Part shown: piece after piece, positions 18,948 to 28,944 of the stretch
Layout: the number at the start of each line of letters is the position of its first letter
How positions within the stretch are numbered: the first letter of the stretch is position 1
DNA from: a virus
Direction: 5' to 3' (one strand)
DNA length: 64,000 nt
IMG/VR virus record: IMGVR_UViG_3300047476_001246
Notes under the pieces: model-generated
The model's database searches: none
Seen by the model: the letters and a program-made list of their open reading frames with translations, nothing else
Told to the model about the DNA's origin: nothing
Translations under genes and position numbers: made by a program

Positions 18948-19459
18948 TTTTGTGCTGCTGCCTTATTTTGTTCTTCGACGATAATTTTAGGAACAGGGCA
19001 ATTTTTAATCGCATCCAGTAATTCTTTTTGACGTGCCTCAAACACTGCACGTTCTTCTGCACTCATGTCCTTTACTATTTCAACAGTTTTTCCTTCAACC
19101 AAACGATTAATATATTCGATCTGAGTCTTGCCTTTTTCTCGTATTACCTTTGTTCGTTCTACAATCTTTGTTTCAAGTTCTTTGTTGGCTTCTTTGCTCT
19201 TGGCTTCGGCTGCTGCTACCTTGGCTTCCATTTCAGCCACACGCTCACGCCATAGCATTTCGTTGCTATAACCGCCGTACCAGTAAATGCCGCTGACCAG
19301 CAATAGAATACTGGCCAACTGTATCCATTTTCTATAGATGTTGATAAAGGGAACGAATGTGATTAACCAGCTAACAACTAGGCCTATAGCGCCGGCACCT
19401 ATCAAGCAATAGGTGAAGAAAAGTATTAAACTGTCAGGTAGTAGATGTAAAAGCCACAT
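18944..19459 (-). CDS. Inner-membrane spanin (Rz-like)
   Basis: N-terminal TM helices, coiled coil, C-terminal Cys. Confidence 0.7.
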   Translation of the reverse strand: MWLLHLLPDSLILFFTYCLIGAGAIGLVVSWLITFVPFINIYRKWIQLASILLLVSGIYWYGGYSNEMLWRERVAEMEAKVAAAEAKSKEANKELETKIVERTKVIREKGKTQIEYINRLVEGKTVEIVKDMSAEERAVFEARQKELLDAIKNCPVPKIIVEEQNKAAAQK

Positions 19460-19469
19460 AAAAATACTG

Positions 19470-20351
19470 TTAATTGATAACAGTATTTAGCCTTTTTTGG
19501 GTATTTTGGACGTCGGTAATTAGATTTCGTTTACTTAAAAACTCTAAGTAAGCTGTTTTTTGCTCAGTAGTCAATAAAACCCAAGATTTTGAAGCAATAC
19601 TGACTGTCAAAGTTAAAAACTTTTGCATATCCAAAAACAGTCGGTTAAAGTTATCAACTTCCCAATCTGCAATGTTTATACAACTCCATCGTTGAGTGTT
19701 GGAGTATAACTCTTTAAAATCTCCATACTTGTATTTGACATAGGCAGAATACAAGTAAAATTCTGTAATCAAATTTGGATAACAAACGCTGTCAAGGAAA
19801 AACTCAATAAAAGCCTTGCCTGTCAGTTGTTCTGTGTCGCTAATCAGCGACTTTACAGTATCTGTGTGAAACAAAAAGGGAACACCGCCGGGACCTATTA
19901 TATAATCAAGTTCGATGTTATAGAGCTTCTCAACAAAATTTTTTGCTGACTCAAAAACCGGCATGTGTAATAGTTTATTAGTGCAGGCTTTGTTTTCTGA
20001 ATTTAAAAATAGTTCGGTCTTAAAGGGTCTGACAAAAAATGTTTTGGCATCTAGTACCACACTCCAATCGCATGTGGATCGTGCTGCTGCTAATAATTTG
20101 CACAACTGTTGATTGTCCCAACCGCCAACGCGATTGGTATATCCAAACACTGAATAAGGATATACAATTACTCGATCAGCATATTTTCCGTACCAAGATC
20201 GATCTATCAAATTGACCACATCGTCGCTGTCGTTGACAACGATGTAGATGTTTTTTATTTGTTTGTCAGTGAAATAATTTTCTATAGACTTGGCTTGAAT
20301 TTCAAGGTAGCATATCTCAGGACGATATACTACCGTTATTAGATCTATCAT
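19470..20351 (-). CDS. Glycosyltransferase-like protein (DUF6492-like)
   Basis: GWDNQQLCKL and VLDAK motifs. Confidence 0.6.
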   Translation of the reverse strand: MIDLITVVYRPEICYLEIQAKSIENYFTDKQIKNIYIVVNDSDDVVNLIDRSWYGKYADRVIVYPYSVFGYTNRVGGWDNQQLCKLLAAARSTCDWSVVLDAKTFFVRPFKTELFLNSENKACTNKLLHMPVFESAKNFVEKLYNIELDYIIGPGGVPFLFHTDTVKSLISDTEQLTGKAFIEFFLDSVCYPNLITEFYLYSAYVKYKYGDFKELYSNTQRWSCINIADWEVDNFNRLFLDMQKFLTLTVSIASKSWVLLTTEQKTAYLEFLSKRNLITDVQNTQKRLNTVIN

Positions 20352-20360
20352 GTAGAGTAA

Positions 20361-20918
20361 TTACAGAATACCTGCTAGCGATCTCAGTGATTGTGTATGA
20401 TCATTTTTTGGAGCCTTGGTGTTTACATTTACACCTGCAGCCACACGCATTTCGTCTAGTGCTTTATTGCCGTATCTACGCAAATAGTCTTCGGTAGTCA
20501 ATGGTACCAGCATTTGAATATTGTCAGCAGTAAGCTCGTGTTCTTCGGGACTTGATCTAACCATCAATCGCCACTCGCTTAAATCTTGATCAGTCAAGCG
20601 CATGATGTCTTCTAACATCTGAACAGCGTTTTCTGCAAAGCTGGGCTCTCGATCGCACTCTACAAAAACAATAAAATCGCCATCATCTAGTTCGCCTGCA
20701 CTGATATCAGCATCAATGACCCAGCTGTAGCCTTTTTCAATGAAATTGACTAAATCGGCAGCAGGCTCACGACCATTTACTTTAAAACTAATAACTATTA
20801 CATCTTCGTCTTTGCCCATCTTGCTCTTGTATTCGTCAATATGGAGTTCATTGTGAACCAGACGTTTAAGATCGTTGGCTTCGAGCCCTTCGTTTAAGTT
20901 AATAAGGTGCCGGTCCAT
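20361..20918 (-). CDS. Hypothetical phage protein
   Basis: Likely start MDRHLINLNE behind AAGGA RBS. Confidence 0.65.
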   Translation of the reverse strand: MDRHLINLNEGLEANDLKRLVHNELHIDEYKSKMGKDEDVIVISFKVNGREPAADLVNFIEKGYSWVIDADISAGELDDGDFIVFVECDREPSFAENAVQMLEDIMRLTDQDLSEWRLMVRSSPEEHELTADNIQMLVPLTTEDYLRRYGNKALDEMRVAAGVNVNTKAPKNDHTQSLRSLAGIL

Positions 20919-21477
20919 TTTGCTGTCCTTGTGGTGTGTTTTCTTGACCTTGACTGGCTGATGTTGGTGCATCGCTTTCTGTTTTGTACATGTTGTCGTC
21001 TAGGCCTTCTTCATAACTCTGCTCAATATCTTCTGCGTCAACTTTCCCTGCTTCTAGTTCCACACTGCCTTGATTGATTTCCTGCATCAATTGCTTTGGC
21101 ATTACTATTTCTACTAGCCATACAGGAACTCTGGCCATTTTTGGTACTTTGGTTCCGGGCTTGAAATCCTCAGGGTCTTTGACTTTGACAGGGTATTGTA
21201 AATGATCTTTTTTGTATTTGACTTCGCATCCATAATCTAATAGACGCTCGCCACCCCTGGGATCGGGCATTAATTTATAGGGCCACATGAATGTGCAAGT
21301 GACAAAATATTTTTCATACTTTGGACCTACAACTAGTTCGCCCTTTTTCCAGTTTGCAAAGGTATAAACATCTAACTCGTCAATAACACGCTCAAAATCC
21401 AAAAGGGTGTTAACTGCACTGTCAGTTAGTGATATGGTTTTAGTGTTTTCTAATACGTCTTTAATATCTGTTGGCAT
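20899..21477 (-). CDS. Hypothetical phage protein
   Basis: 192-aa ORF preceded by TAAATA late-type motif. Confidence 0.7.
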   Translation of the reverse strand: MPTDIKDVLENTKTISLTDSAVNTLLDFERVIDELDVYTFANWKKGELVVGPKYEKYFVTCTFMWPYKLMPDPRGGERLLDYGCEVKYKKDHLQYPVKVKDPEDFKPGTKVPKMARVPVWLVEIVMPKQLMQEINQGSVELEAGKVDAEDIEQSYEEGLDDNMYKTESDAPTSASQGQENTPQGQQNGPAPY

Positions 21478-21708
21478 AGAATTTCTATCAATATTAGTTA
21501 TTTAGCTAATAATTGCTGTATTCTTATTAACGTGAGTGGGATTGTGTATCGTACGGTCTAATACTTAGCCTACAAAAATTTTAATAAACACACAGTTTTC
21601 GACACAAATTGAGCTACGTAAATATCTACGTGGACTTGATAAAGAAGATGCCAAGCCCACTGAGGAGCTCGGGCCATGGCAGATCCACCATTTATAAAGG
21701 AGGTAGTC

Positions 21709-22428
21709 TTGAGCAAACGTCGCAGAAGCGAAGTAGCACAATTATCGGTAGTTAGCAGCATTGAACCGTATCAAAAACAACGCCGCACCATTCAACTAAT
21801 CCCCAAGAGTTTAAATCAAGAAACATACATAGATCTATTAGAAAATCCCCAACGCTTAATAGTTTACGCCGCAGGCCCGGCAGGTACAGGCAAAACTATG
21901 CTGGCTGTGTTGGCCGCCCTAAAAGCATTTAGAGCAGGAGAATGCTCTAAAATTGTTATTACCAGGCCCGCAGTAGGTGTTGATGACGAGCAACATGGAT
22001 TTTTGCCGGGTACACTAAATCAAAAAATGGAGCCTTGGACCAGGCCTATTTTTGACATTGTAGAAGAATATTATAGACCACAGGAGGTCGTACGTCTGCT
22101 AGAAGAAAAATATATAGAGATTGCTCCACTAGCATACATGCGAGGACGGACATTTAAAAACTCGTGGATTATTGCAGATGAAATGCAAAACGCGACACCA
22201 AGTCAGATGAAGATGCTGTTGACTCGACTAGGCGACAACTCCAAGATGGTTATTACAGGTGACACGCAGCAGGCCGACCGTAGGGCCAAGGACAACGGAC
22301 TATTGGACTTCCAAAGTTTGATGAAAAACTTTGATAGCCAATACATAGCTGGCGTGGAGTTTGCAGTCAAGGATGTTCGTAGACATCCAGCTGTGGCTGA
22401 AGTTCTTAAACTTTACGGGGAGGATTAA
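21709..22428 (+). CDS. phoH: PhoH-family ATPase
   Basis: GPAGTGKT, YMRGRTF, DEMQN, GDTQQAD; TTG start after AAGGAGG. Confidence 0.93.
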   Translation: MSKRRRSEVAQLSVVSSIEPYQKQRRTIQLIPKSLNQETYIDLLENPQRLIVYAAGPAGTGKTMLAVLAALKAFRAGECSKIVITRPAVGVDDEQHGFLPGTLNQKMEPWTRPIFDIVEEYYRPQEVVRLLEEKYIEIAPLAYMRGRTFKNSWIIADEMQNATPSQMKMLLTRLGDNSKMVITGDTQQADRRAKDNGLLDFQSLMKNFDSQYIAGVEFAVKDVRRHPAVAEVLKLYGED

Positions 22429-22445
22429 TATAGTTTAAATACTGG

Positions 22446-23441
22446 ATGCTTAATTATAATGAAATAAGCAGCGTTCATTTAGAAATTTCAACTAGGTGCA
22501 ACGCTGCTTGTCCTGAGTGTCCAAGAAATTTTCGTGGTGTTGATGTAATCGATTCTTACCCTATTTGTGACATGAGCTTGGAACAAGCTCAAAAAATATT
22601 CACGATCCCGTTTCTCAGACAAATAAATCATATTTTAATAAACGGCAATTACGGTGATTTTATTACTGCCCGTGACGGACTAGAAATTGTTGAGTACTTT
22701 AGATCTGCTAATCCAAGACTAGAAATTGAAATCAGCACCAATGCTAGTGGTCGCCCAAACGTTTGGACTAGACTTGGGGAATTGAAAACCAAAGTCTATT
22801 TTAGAATTGATGGACTGCAAGACACACATCACTTGTATCGCCAATACACAGATTTTGATTTAATTATGGAAAACGCCAGCAAGTTCATTGCTGCTGGTGG
22901 ACATGCTATATGGGCGTTTATTCCTTTTGATCACAATCAACATCAAATTGAACAAGCCAAACAACTATCCAAAGAATTAGGTTTTGCACAATTTCAAATA
23001 GTTGATGCCGGAAGAAACGTTGGTCCGGTGTTTACCAGAGAAGGCAAGTACAGTCACAGTTTGGGAAATTACACAGGTGATAAAAATTTTGATAATCTTT
23101 ATTCAAAACATTTGTACTATGTTGATAAGCCTGAAATTACCATTTTGCATACAGAACATCCCAATAGGAAAATTGATTGTTATGCAAAACGACAACGAGA
23201 AATTTATATAACTGCCAACGGTGAAGTGTACCCTTGTTGTTGGCTTGGGTTTTATCCTGCAAAAGAAACAGGAAATCCTAGCAATATGCAACTAAGACCA
23301 ATAATGAAAGACAACAATGCAATTGAACACGGAATAGAACATGCAATCAATTGGTTCAACAGCATTGAAGCCAGTTGGAGTCTTGATTCAGTTGCTGCGG
23401 GAAAAATTTACACTTGCAACGAAACCTGTGGTGCCAGGTGA
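22446..23441 (+). CDS. Radical SAM/SPASM protein
   Basis: CNAACPEC; C-terminal GEVYPCC...CxxxC. Confidence 0.85.
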   Translation: MLNYNEISSVHLEISTRCNAACPECPRNFRGVDVIDSYPICDMSLEQAQKIFTIPFLRQINHILINGNYGDFITARDGLEIVEYFRSANPRLEIEISTNASGRPNVWTRLGELKTKVYFRIDGLQDTHHLYRQYTDFDLIMENASKFIAAGGHAIWAFIPFDHNQHQIEQAKQLSKELGFAQFQIVDAGRNVGPVFTREGKYSHSLGNYTGDKNFDNLYSKHLYYVDKPEITILHTEHPNRKIDCYAKRQREIYITANGEVYPCCWLGFYPAKETGNPSNMQLRPIMKDNNAIEHGIEHAINWFNSIEASWSLDSVAAGKIYTCNETCGAR

Positions 23442-23911
23442 CGTAATTGTGTTATTGTGCTGTCAAAATCCACATGTAGGATAGCTGTACCGCCGGCAGC
23501 ACGCCACTCATCAATATTACTCTTACGATCATCAATTAATATATCGCCGGGCCGACAATGCTGGTGTTTGTCTTTGCTGAAAGGACCAAACATCACAGGT
23601 ATAGTGGGAAAGTTGTGTCTAGCCCAATACACTTTGTCATAGAATGCCCAAGGAACATCATTGCCTTTGGGTACCGCAGTCAAGAACATTAGATCGTAGT
23701 TGTGCTGTTTGGCAAATTTGCTGCATTCGAATACCAACTGATCTGCATAAGATGTTTTTACTAGATCTCTATAAAGTCTAGCATTACTGGCTAGTTTGTA
23801 CCACACTTCATCAGGATAAATGCCCGCACTGGGCGGAACACCTAAAGTTCGTGCGGCATACTCATCGAAGTCGGCCACGACTCCGTCCATATCTAAATAT
23901 AATGTTGTCAT
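23408..23911 (-). CDS. HAD 5'(3')-deoxyribonucleotidase
   Basis: DMDGVVAD and ILIDD motifs. Confidence 0.85.
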   Translation of the reverse strand: MTTLYLDMDGVVADFDEYAARTLGVPPSAGIYPDEVWYKLASNARLYRDLVKTSYADQLVFECSKFAKQHNYDLMFLTAVPKGNDVPWAFYDKVYWARHNFPTIPVMFGPFSKDKHQHCRPGDILIDDRKSNIDEWRAAGGTAILHVDFDSTITQLRHLAPQVSLQV

Positions 23912-24147
23912 TTGTTGTTTGAAATTTTATGATGCAAGGTTTGCAAATAGTTTGTCTGGTAATTTAACTTAGATTCTAATCGTCTAATTTTTTCTTCTTG
24001 TTGCTGTACTATGTTTACCAAAGCTTGAAAATCTTGTTTTTGCTCTCGTAGTTTAACTTCGTGCGTCAATAAGTTTGGTCGAGGCGGAGCATCGGGGTTT
24101 ACTGCCCGTTTCTTTTTTGCTTTCATTGCTTTAAAGATATTGCTCAT
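23908..24147 (-). CDS. Coiled-coil hypothetical protein
   Basis: Coupled 79-aa ORF. Confidence 0.6.
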   Translation of the reverse strand: MSNIFKAMKAKKKRAVNPDAPPRPNLLTHEVKLREQKQDFQALVNIVQQQEEKIRRLESKLNYQTNYLQTLHHKISNNK

Positions 24148-24467
24148 ATGTAGTATTTATCGCTAGGGATGCTAGGAAACTTGATAGCAACTACTTCGGT
24201 ATCTTCTAAATAGTGTGCGCGATATTCCTCTCCGGGCTCACTCATATAGATATCACCAGGTCCAAATTCTTCGCCATTGATTACTATACGTCCTTTGGTA
24301 ATAAGTTGAACTTCGGTAATAACTCGGTGCATATGCGGAGTATCAACTGCACCAGCTGGGTTAGCTTGCCAGCATACCTCAAAATCTTTAGTACGTACTA
24401 CAGCTTCAGGAAAGTCACCAATGAACCATCCTCTAGCCCCTGCTTCACTCAGCCGGAACTTCTTCAT
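24144..24467 (-). CDS. Cupin-fold protein
   Basis: HxH...E cupin motif. Confidence 0.7.
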   Translation of the reverse strand: MKKFRLSEAGARGWFIGDFPEAVVRTKDFEVCWQANPAGAVDTPHMHRVITEVQLITKGRIVINGEEFGPGDIYMSEPGEEYRAHYLEDTEVVAIKFPSIPSDKYYI

Positions 24468-24825
24468 TGACTTTTTCCTTGTCTAGTTCAGCTTGCATTT
24501 CATCTAGCATTTGATTAAAGTATTCGGGGTCAAGCTTGGACATGACTTCAGTCACGTACTTGTGATACCCTTTAAAGAAATATTTAAACAGTTCATTGAA
24601 ATCTTTATTCCCGTTAAAACTGTTTTTCTCAACAGTTTTGGTACTGAGATTTACAATTACTTTGGCCATTAAGTTATCCTGCGAACGCAAACGAGTGCTG
24701 ATTTGCACTTGTTCATCATATTGATGATTGGCAGGATCTTTCATGTACCCAGGAATATGTGTTTTCTTTGGGTCACGTGGCCGTGTCACATAGTGTGCCA
24801 CTAGATAAATGTTTTGTTTTTTCAT
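24445..24825 (-). CDS. Hypothetical protein
   Basis: Coupled 126-aa ORF. Confidence 0.65.
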   Translation of the reverse strand: MKKQNIYLVAHYVTRPRDPKKTHIPGYMKDPANHQYDEQVQISTRLRSQDNLMAKVIVNLSTKTVEKNSFNGNKDFNELFKYFFKGYHKYVTEVMSKLDPEYFNQMLDEMQAELDKEKVNEEVPAE

Positions 24826-25745
24826 GATATTTGAGAAAGTTCTACTAGAGTTGCTGAAAGGTTGATTTCGTGGTCTGCCACTAACGAATGAGTTGCTGCA
24901 CCTTTGCGAATAATTTTAATTGCTTCGTCTTGTCCTTCTACAGTCTCAGACCATAGATCAAGATTTTGATGCATCCAAGTAAACAAGCCTTCGCATTCGT
25001 CGGCAGCAGTGTGTGAACAAAGCAGAGTTCTTGCTTCTCTAACTTTGCCTTTTTTAAACAGTTCAACTGCTTCTAGTTTGTAATCTGAAGTACCAGCAGC
25101 ACTTGAGTTTTTAGAAATGTTTAAGGTACCGCCGATGCTGTTGGCTTGTAGCAATTTCAAACAGTTGCGAAGATCAGGATACGTTGCTTTGACATAGCTG
25201 TCCAAAGTATCTAGATCAAATTCGACACCTTCGGTTATTAACACTGTTGCTGCACGACTGGTAAATTCAGTTTGGTCAGTTTTGTCAATGACAAATTGAG
25301 TGCATCGACTTTTCAGTGGGTTGATAATCTTGTGTGCAATGTTGGCAGTAAGAATAAATCTAGCCTGACTTTGATAAGTTTCCATCAAGCCACGCAAGAT
25401 AGCCTGTGCGTTATGACTCAAATAGTCTGCTTCGTCTAGCAGCACGATCTTTAAATCGCCAAACGGCATGGTGCTAACAAAGCCTTCAATTTTGGTTTTC
25501 AGAAAATCTACACCGTTGTCACGACTGGCGTTGACTTGTAAGAAATCATACGGATCAATGCCCAACTCATTCACAAGTATCTTGGCCAGTGTAGTTTTAC
25601 CTGTACCTGCTGGCCCTGTGAGCAGCAGATGTGGTACACTTTTTTCTTTTACAAAGTATTCAATTTGTTCTCGTTGGGCAGGGTCAGTAAACACATATCC
25701 ATCTAAGGATTGTGGTCGATATTTTTCAGTCCAAAGTTCTTTCAT
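24822..25745 (-). CDS. Sliding-clamp loader ATPase (T4 gp44/RFC small subunit-like)
   Basis: LWTEKYRP, GPAGTGKT, LLDEAD, SRC motifs. Confidence 0.92.
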   Translation of the reverse strand: MKELWTEKYRPQSLDGYVFTDPAQREQIEYFVKEKSVPHLLLTGPAGTGKTTLAKILVNELGIDPYDFLQVNASRDNGVDFLKTKIEGFVSTMPFGDLKIVLLDEADYLSHNAQAILRGLMETYQSQARFILTANIAHKIINPLKSRCTQFVIDKTDQTEFTSRAATVLITEGVEFDLDTLDSYVKATYPDLRNCLKLLQANSIGGTLNISKNSSAAGTSDYKLEAVELFKKGKVREARTLLCSHTAADECEGLFTWMHQNLDLWSETVEGQDEAIKIIRKGAATHSLVADHEINLSATLVELSQIS

Positions 25746-26533
25746 AGATTATCTCGATGTATACAGATTAAATCCTCGCTACGAATGCTAGGATCTGCTT
25801 CTTTCATTGTGTCAGGGTAAAATGCAACATATCCGGCTTGGTCAATTACTCGGAATAGTTCGTCTGTGTCGGCTTGTGAATATGCAACGAACCATTCAGT
25901 AAACAACACAGGTTTATATTTTACTAAAATATCGCGCGAACTCCTAATGATTTCTATATCATGTCCTTCCGTATCTGTTTTAATAAACCCAATCTTGCTC
26001 ATTTCTTCTGGGCTGAGATATTTTTTGCACATGTCTTCCAAAGTCATTCCGCTTACTGTAATGCTTTCGCCGCTCATTCCGGCCACTCTTGCTGCGGTTT
26101 CAGCGTCCCATGTCTCACCGACCAGACCACCGTTGCACATGCTGTTTTGATGATCTTTAAAAGTAAGGTTGTCCGCAGTTTTGTTTGTGACTGCTTCATG
26201 AGCAATAACAAAACGCCCTAGGTGACTATTGACACCGCAATTGAATTCTAGATAAGGACTGATAACAGGATTAGGCTCTACAGATAAAACTGTGGCTCTG
26301 CATCGACTCATCATTGGTATAGCAGTGTCTCCCGAATGCCCACCAATATCAATGCAGGTCATGCCAGGTTTGATCCACAGTTTCCAATAGTTCTTTTCAA
26401 TGTAGTAGTCGTAGATGGTTTTAAAGTCAGGTACCTTTTCTCTGGGGTGATCCATTTCGAACCAATAACAGCTTGCGCCGTCGTCTAAGTCAAGTTTATA
26501 CCCATTGCGTAATTTGATAGATGTCTGATTCAT
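25742..26533 (-). CDS. FkbM-family methyltransferase
   Basis: DIGGHSG, VEPNP, IKTDTEGHD. Confidence 0.85.
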   Translation of the reverse strand: MNQTSIKLRNGYKLDLDDGASCYWFEMDHPREKVPDFKTIYDYYIEKNYWKLWIKPGMTCIDIGGHSGDTAIPMMSRCRATVLSVEPNPVISPYLEFNCGVNSHLGRFVIAHEAVTNKTADNLTFKDHQNSMCNGGLVGETWDAETAARVAGMSGESITVSGMTLEDMCKKYLSPEEMSKIGFIKTDTEGHDIEIIRSSRDILVKYKPVLFTEWFVAYSQADTDELFRVIDQAGYVAFYPDTMKEADPSIRSEDLICIHRDNL

Positions 26534-26760
26534 TTTGAAATAATTTTCCAGGTCTTTTCTTTAGCACGTTCTTCTAGCCATTCTTGCTCTACAGAATAAG
26601 TGGGAGCATTGGCTAGTATATCGTCTAAAATAAATTTGATTGTGTATAGATCTTGTTTGCAACCCCAGGTCACAAAACCGTCCATGCGTGGATCATTCAT
26701 TGCATGGCCGCAGGAATGCAGTTGATTAACTATGTTCTCAACATTCCAATGTTTAATCAT
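26530..26760 (-). CDS. Hypothetical protein
   Basis: Coupled 76-aa ORF. Confidence 0.6.
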   Translation of the reverse strand: MIKHWNVENIVNQLHSCGHAMNDPRMDGFVTWGCKQDLYTIKFILDDILANAPTYSVEQEWLEERAKEKTWKIISK

Positions 26761-27179
26761 TCGTATTGTTCGCGACTTTTGCGTTCGGCGTGTACCGCGG
26801 TTGAAATGGTGTTTATGTCGTCCGGTTTTGTGTCTGTGGCAAAAATAATTGCGTTAGGATCCGCACGACGTATGACGATTTCTTCTCCGTCTTTAACAAT
26901 TCTAAGACCGCGGCTCCATCTTCCGTGTTCAACAAGCACCCATTGACCCACACCAACGTCGCGTTGTTCTGGCCCAATAGCATATACTCTTGCCCATCGC
27001 GGACGAATACCGTCTGTTTTACCGTCGTCACCAAGTAATATTACTCCACTAGCTAATTGTCTACCACTAAAGTCCATTTCCGTGACAATAACACTGTCAC
27101 GCAATGGTCTGATTTCGCCGTCAATTTCTATTTCAAATTGATAGCCACGTTTCTGATCAAACGGATTACTAACTGCCAT
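26757..27179 (-). CDS. groES: GroES-like co-chaperonin
   Basis: IRPLRDSVIV...SGVILL...VYAIGP...VGVGQWV. Confidence 0.8.
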   Translation of the reverse strand: MAVSNPFDQKRGYQFEIEIDGEIRPLRDSVIVTEMDFSGRQLASGVILLGDDGKTDGIRPRWARVYAIGPEQRDVGVGQWVLVEHGRWSRGLRIVKDGEEIVIRRADPNAIIFATDTKPDDINTISTAVHAERKSREQYE

Positions 27180-27188
27180 TTATACTCC

Positions 27189-27599
27189 TTAAATTCTTGA
27201 CGGGCCCGAACGTTTTACTGCGGGCTTCTCAGCTGGTTGATTTTTTGCTACTGAATCTGCTAAACTGCCACGCAACTTTGGTTGTACTGGTTGCGCTGGC
27301 TGTACAGCGACTTCTTGGGGTTCTTCCACTGCTGGTTCCACCCAATCGTCGACTAAATCTTTTTTGACTTCTCTGCGTCGTGGCTGTGGAGGCTCGTCAA
27401 CTGCCAATGGTGTATTTAATTTATAATGGTCTTGCATAATTTTGTCTCTAGTAAGTTCGACTTTTCCACCAGGTCCCAATTGATCGCCACGTGCATTTAC
27501 TTTCATATTACCAACAGCAATTGTGCTTTCATTTTGAGCGATGATTGCATCAATATTGATTCTCTTACCGTTTGCTGTGGTATAAACTCTTTTGTTCAT
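27189..27599 (-). CDS. Hypothetical late protein
   Basis: AVGNMKVNARGD; TAAATA and AGGAG upstream. Confidence 0.65.
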   Translation of the reverse strand: MNKRVYTTANGKRINIDAIIAQNESTIAVGNMKVNARGDQLGPGGKVELTRDKIMQDHYKLNTPLAVDEPPQPRRREVKKDLVDDWVEPAVEEPQEVAVQPAQPVQPKLRGSLADSVAKNQPAEKPAVKRSGPSRI

Positions 27600-27621
27600 T
27601 GATATCTCCTTGTGCGGGTAT

Positions 27622-28134
27622 TTATCGTAGGAATTCTTCTACATCTAAATCGTAATACATGCTGTTAATCCTATGCACTCCCAGCAAGTACAACACATAA
27701 CTGGCCACACTAGATCCTCGACCTACACCCCATAATATATTGTTTGCTCTCCAGGTATCAACAATGTATTTCAATTGTTTGAGCAGCAAAAATAAATCTC
27801 TTTCTTGATACAACAATAATTCCTTGCCTACTCGCTGTAATTCTTCTTGAGTTTGACATCGATCTAATAGCCATTGTGCTATATCCATGTTGCGATATTC
27901 TTCGGGCATTGACCATTGATCTTGATTTTTTCTATCAAACTGTTCGACAGAAATATCTTGATTAGTATATTGTGCCAAGACAGGTAAATCTACATAAAAA
28001 TCACGAACAGAGTTGTTGTATTTGTACGAATCAGTGACCGAAATCTTGGCTATATCTAAATTGGGATTTTGATACAATAGCTCACACAATTCATTTGTAG
28101 ATGTGTATGCAACACCCAGTTTATCGTAGTTCAT
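27622..28134 (-). CDS. Stand-alone DNA polymerase III alpha (DnaE) fragment-like protein
   Basis: GVGRGSSVASYVLYLLGVHRIN DnaE motif in a 170-aa protein. Confidence 0.7.
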   Translation of the reverse strand: MNYDKLGVAYTSTNELCELLYQNPNLDIAKISVTDSYKYNNSVRDFYVDLPVLAQYTNQDISVEQFDRKNQDQWSMPEEYRNMDIAQWLLDRCQTQEELQRVGKELLLYQERDLFLLLKQLKYIVDTWRANNILWGVGRGSSVASYVLYLLGVHRINSMYYDLDVEEFLR

Positions 28135-28370
28135 TTTTTAATATCTATTAGATCTTTGAACTTGTCGTTCTTTGATTCCATCTCTGCCATTAGTTTTCTA
28201 TTACGAGTGTCCATCTCGTGTTTGTAATTTTCAATGATCATTTGCATTTGAGGAATTACACTAGTTGGACCAAATCTGTATGCTTGATTCATTTTGGTCA
28301 TTAACTCGTTGTACTTTTTGTGCAACTCTTCATTTGAAAGATCAGTTAAATTAGGAACAAGTGGGTGCAT
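28131..28370 (-). CDS. Hypothetical protein
   Basis: Start MHPLVPNL behind AAGGAG. Confidence 0.6.
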   Translation of the reverse strand: MHPLVPNLTDLSNEELHKKYNELMTKMNQAYRFGPTSVIPQMQMIIENYKHEMDTRNRKLMAEMESKNDKFKDLIDIKK

Positions 28371-28443
28371 GATTTCTCCTTGATAAAAATTGGGCCAATT
28401 TAACAAATTTAAAGGTGGAAACCAATCAACCCATCCTTGCATT

Positions 28444-28878
28444 TTACAAATCTCCGGCCTGTCTGTGTTCTGAATAATGTACATCAAACTCGCCACTGGG
28501 GTAGCGGGCTTTTAATTTATTTACGTTTTCTTCTACTACATCATCTGGATTTAACCCTAGTGCCCGGCAGGCATTGATCCAGTACCACATAACATCACCC
28601 AGTTCACGCTTCATATGGAATACGTTTTCTTCGGTAAGTGGCTTACCTTGAAAGAAAATCTTTTTGGGGATTTCACAGAACTCGCCAGTTTCGGCAGCAA
28701 GTCCCAGTGCAGCAGTTAGCAACAATGGCACATTGATGTCTGGTCCATGGGTGTCTGTTTCGTGATTGAAATTGCCATCTAGTTCATCCAAACGATTCAT
28801 AAAGGTAGTCAAATCGTTTGATGGTTTACTGGTCACAGCCGCTACAAATTGCTCATATCGTTTTAAGTCTACGGTCAT
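28444..28878 (-). CDS. mazG: MazG-like NTP pyrophosphohydrolase
   Basis: ETGEFCE...ELGDVMWY...NVNKLKARYP. Confidence 0.88.
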   Translation of the reverse strand: MTVDLKRYEQFVAAVTSKPSNDLTTFMNRLDELDGNFNHETDTHGPDINVPLLLTAALGLAAETGEFCEIPKKIFFQGKPLTEENVFHMKRELGDVMWYWINACRALGLNPDDVVEENVNKLKARYPSGEFDVHYSEHRQAGDL

Positions 28879-28899
28879 AAAAAACTCCTAGTTTGCATA

Positions 28900-28928
28900 A
28901 TTATACGTTATGCAATGCTAGGAGTCAA
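28900..28928 (-). promoter_or_regulatory. Sigma70-type promoter
   Basis: TTGACT-N17-TATAAT. Confidence 0.6.
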
Positions 28929-28944
28929 CGATTTTATAAATTTT

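Noticed and set aside
21480-21708. Pho box upstream of phoH
   Set aside because: No convincing tandem CTGTCA-type repeat; a TAAATA late-type motif is present instead
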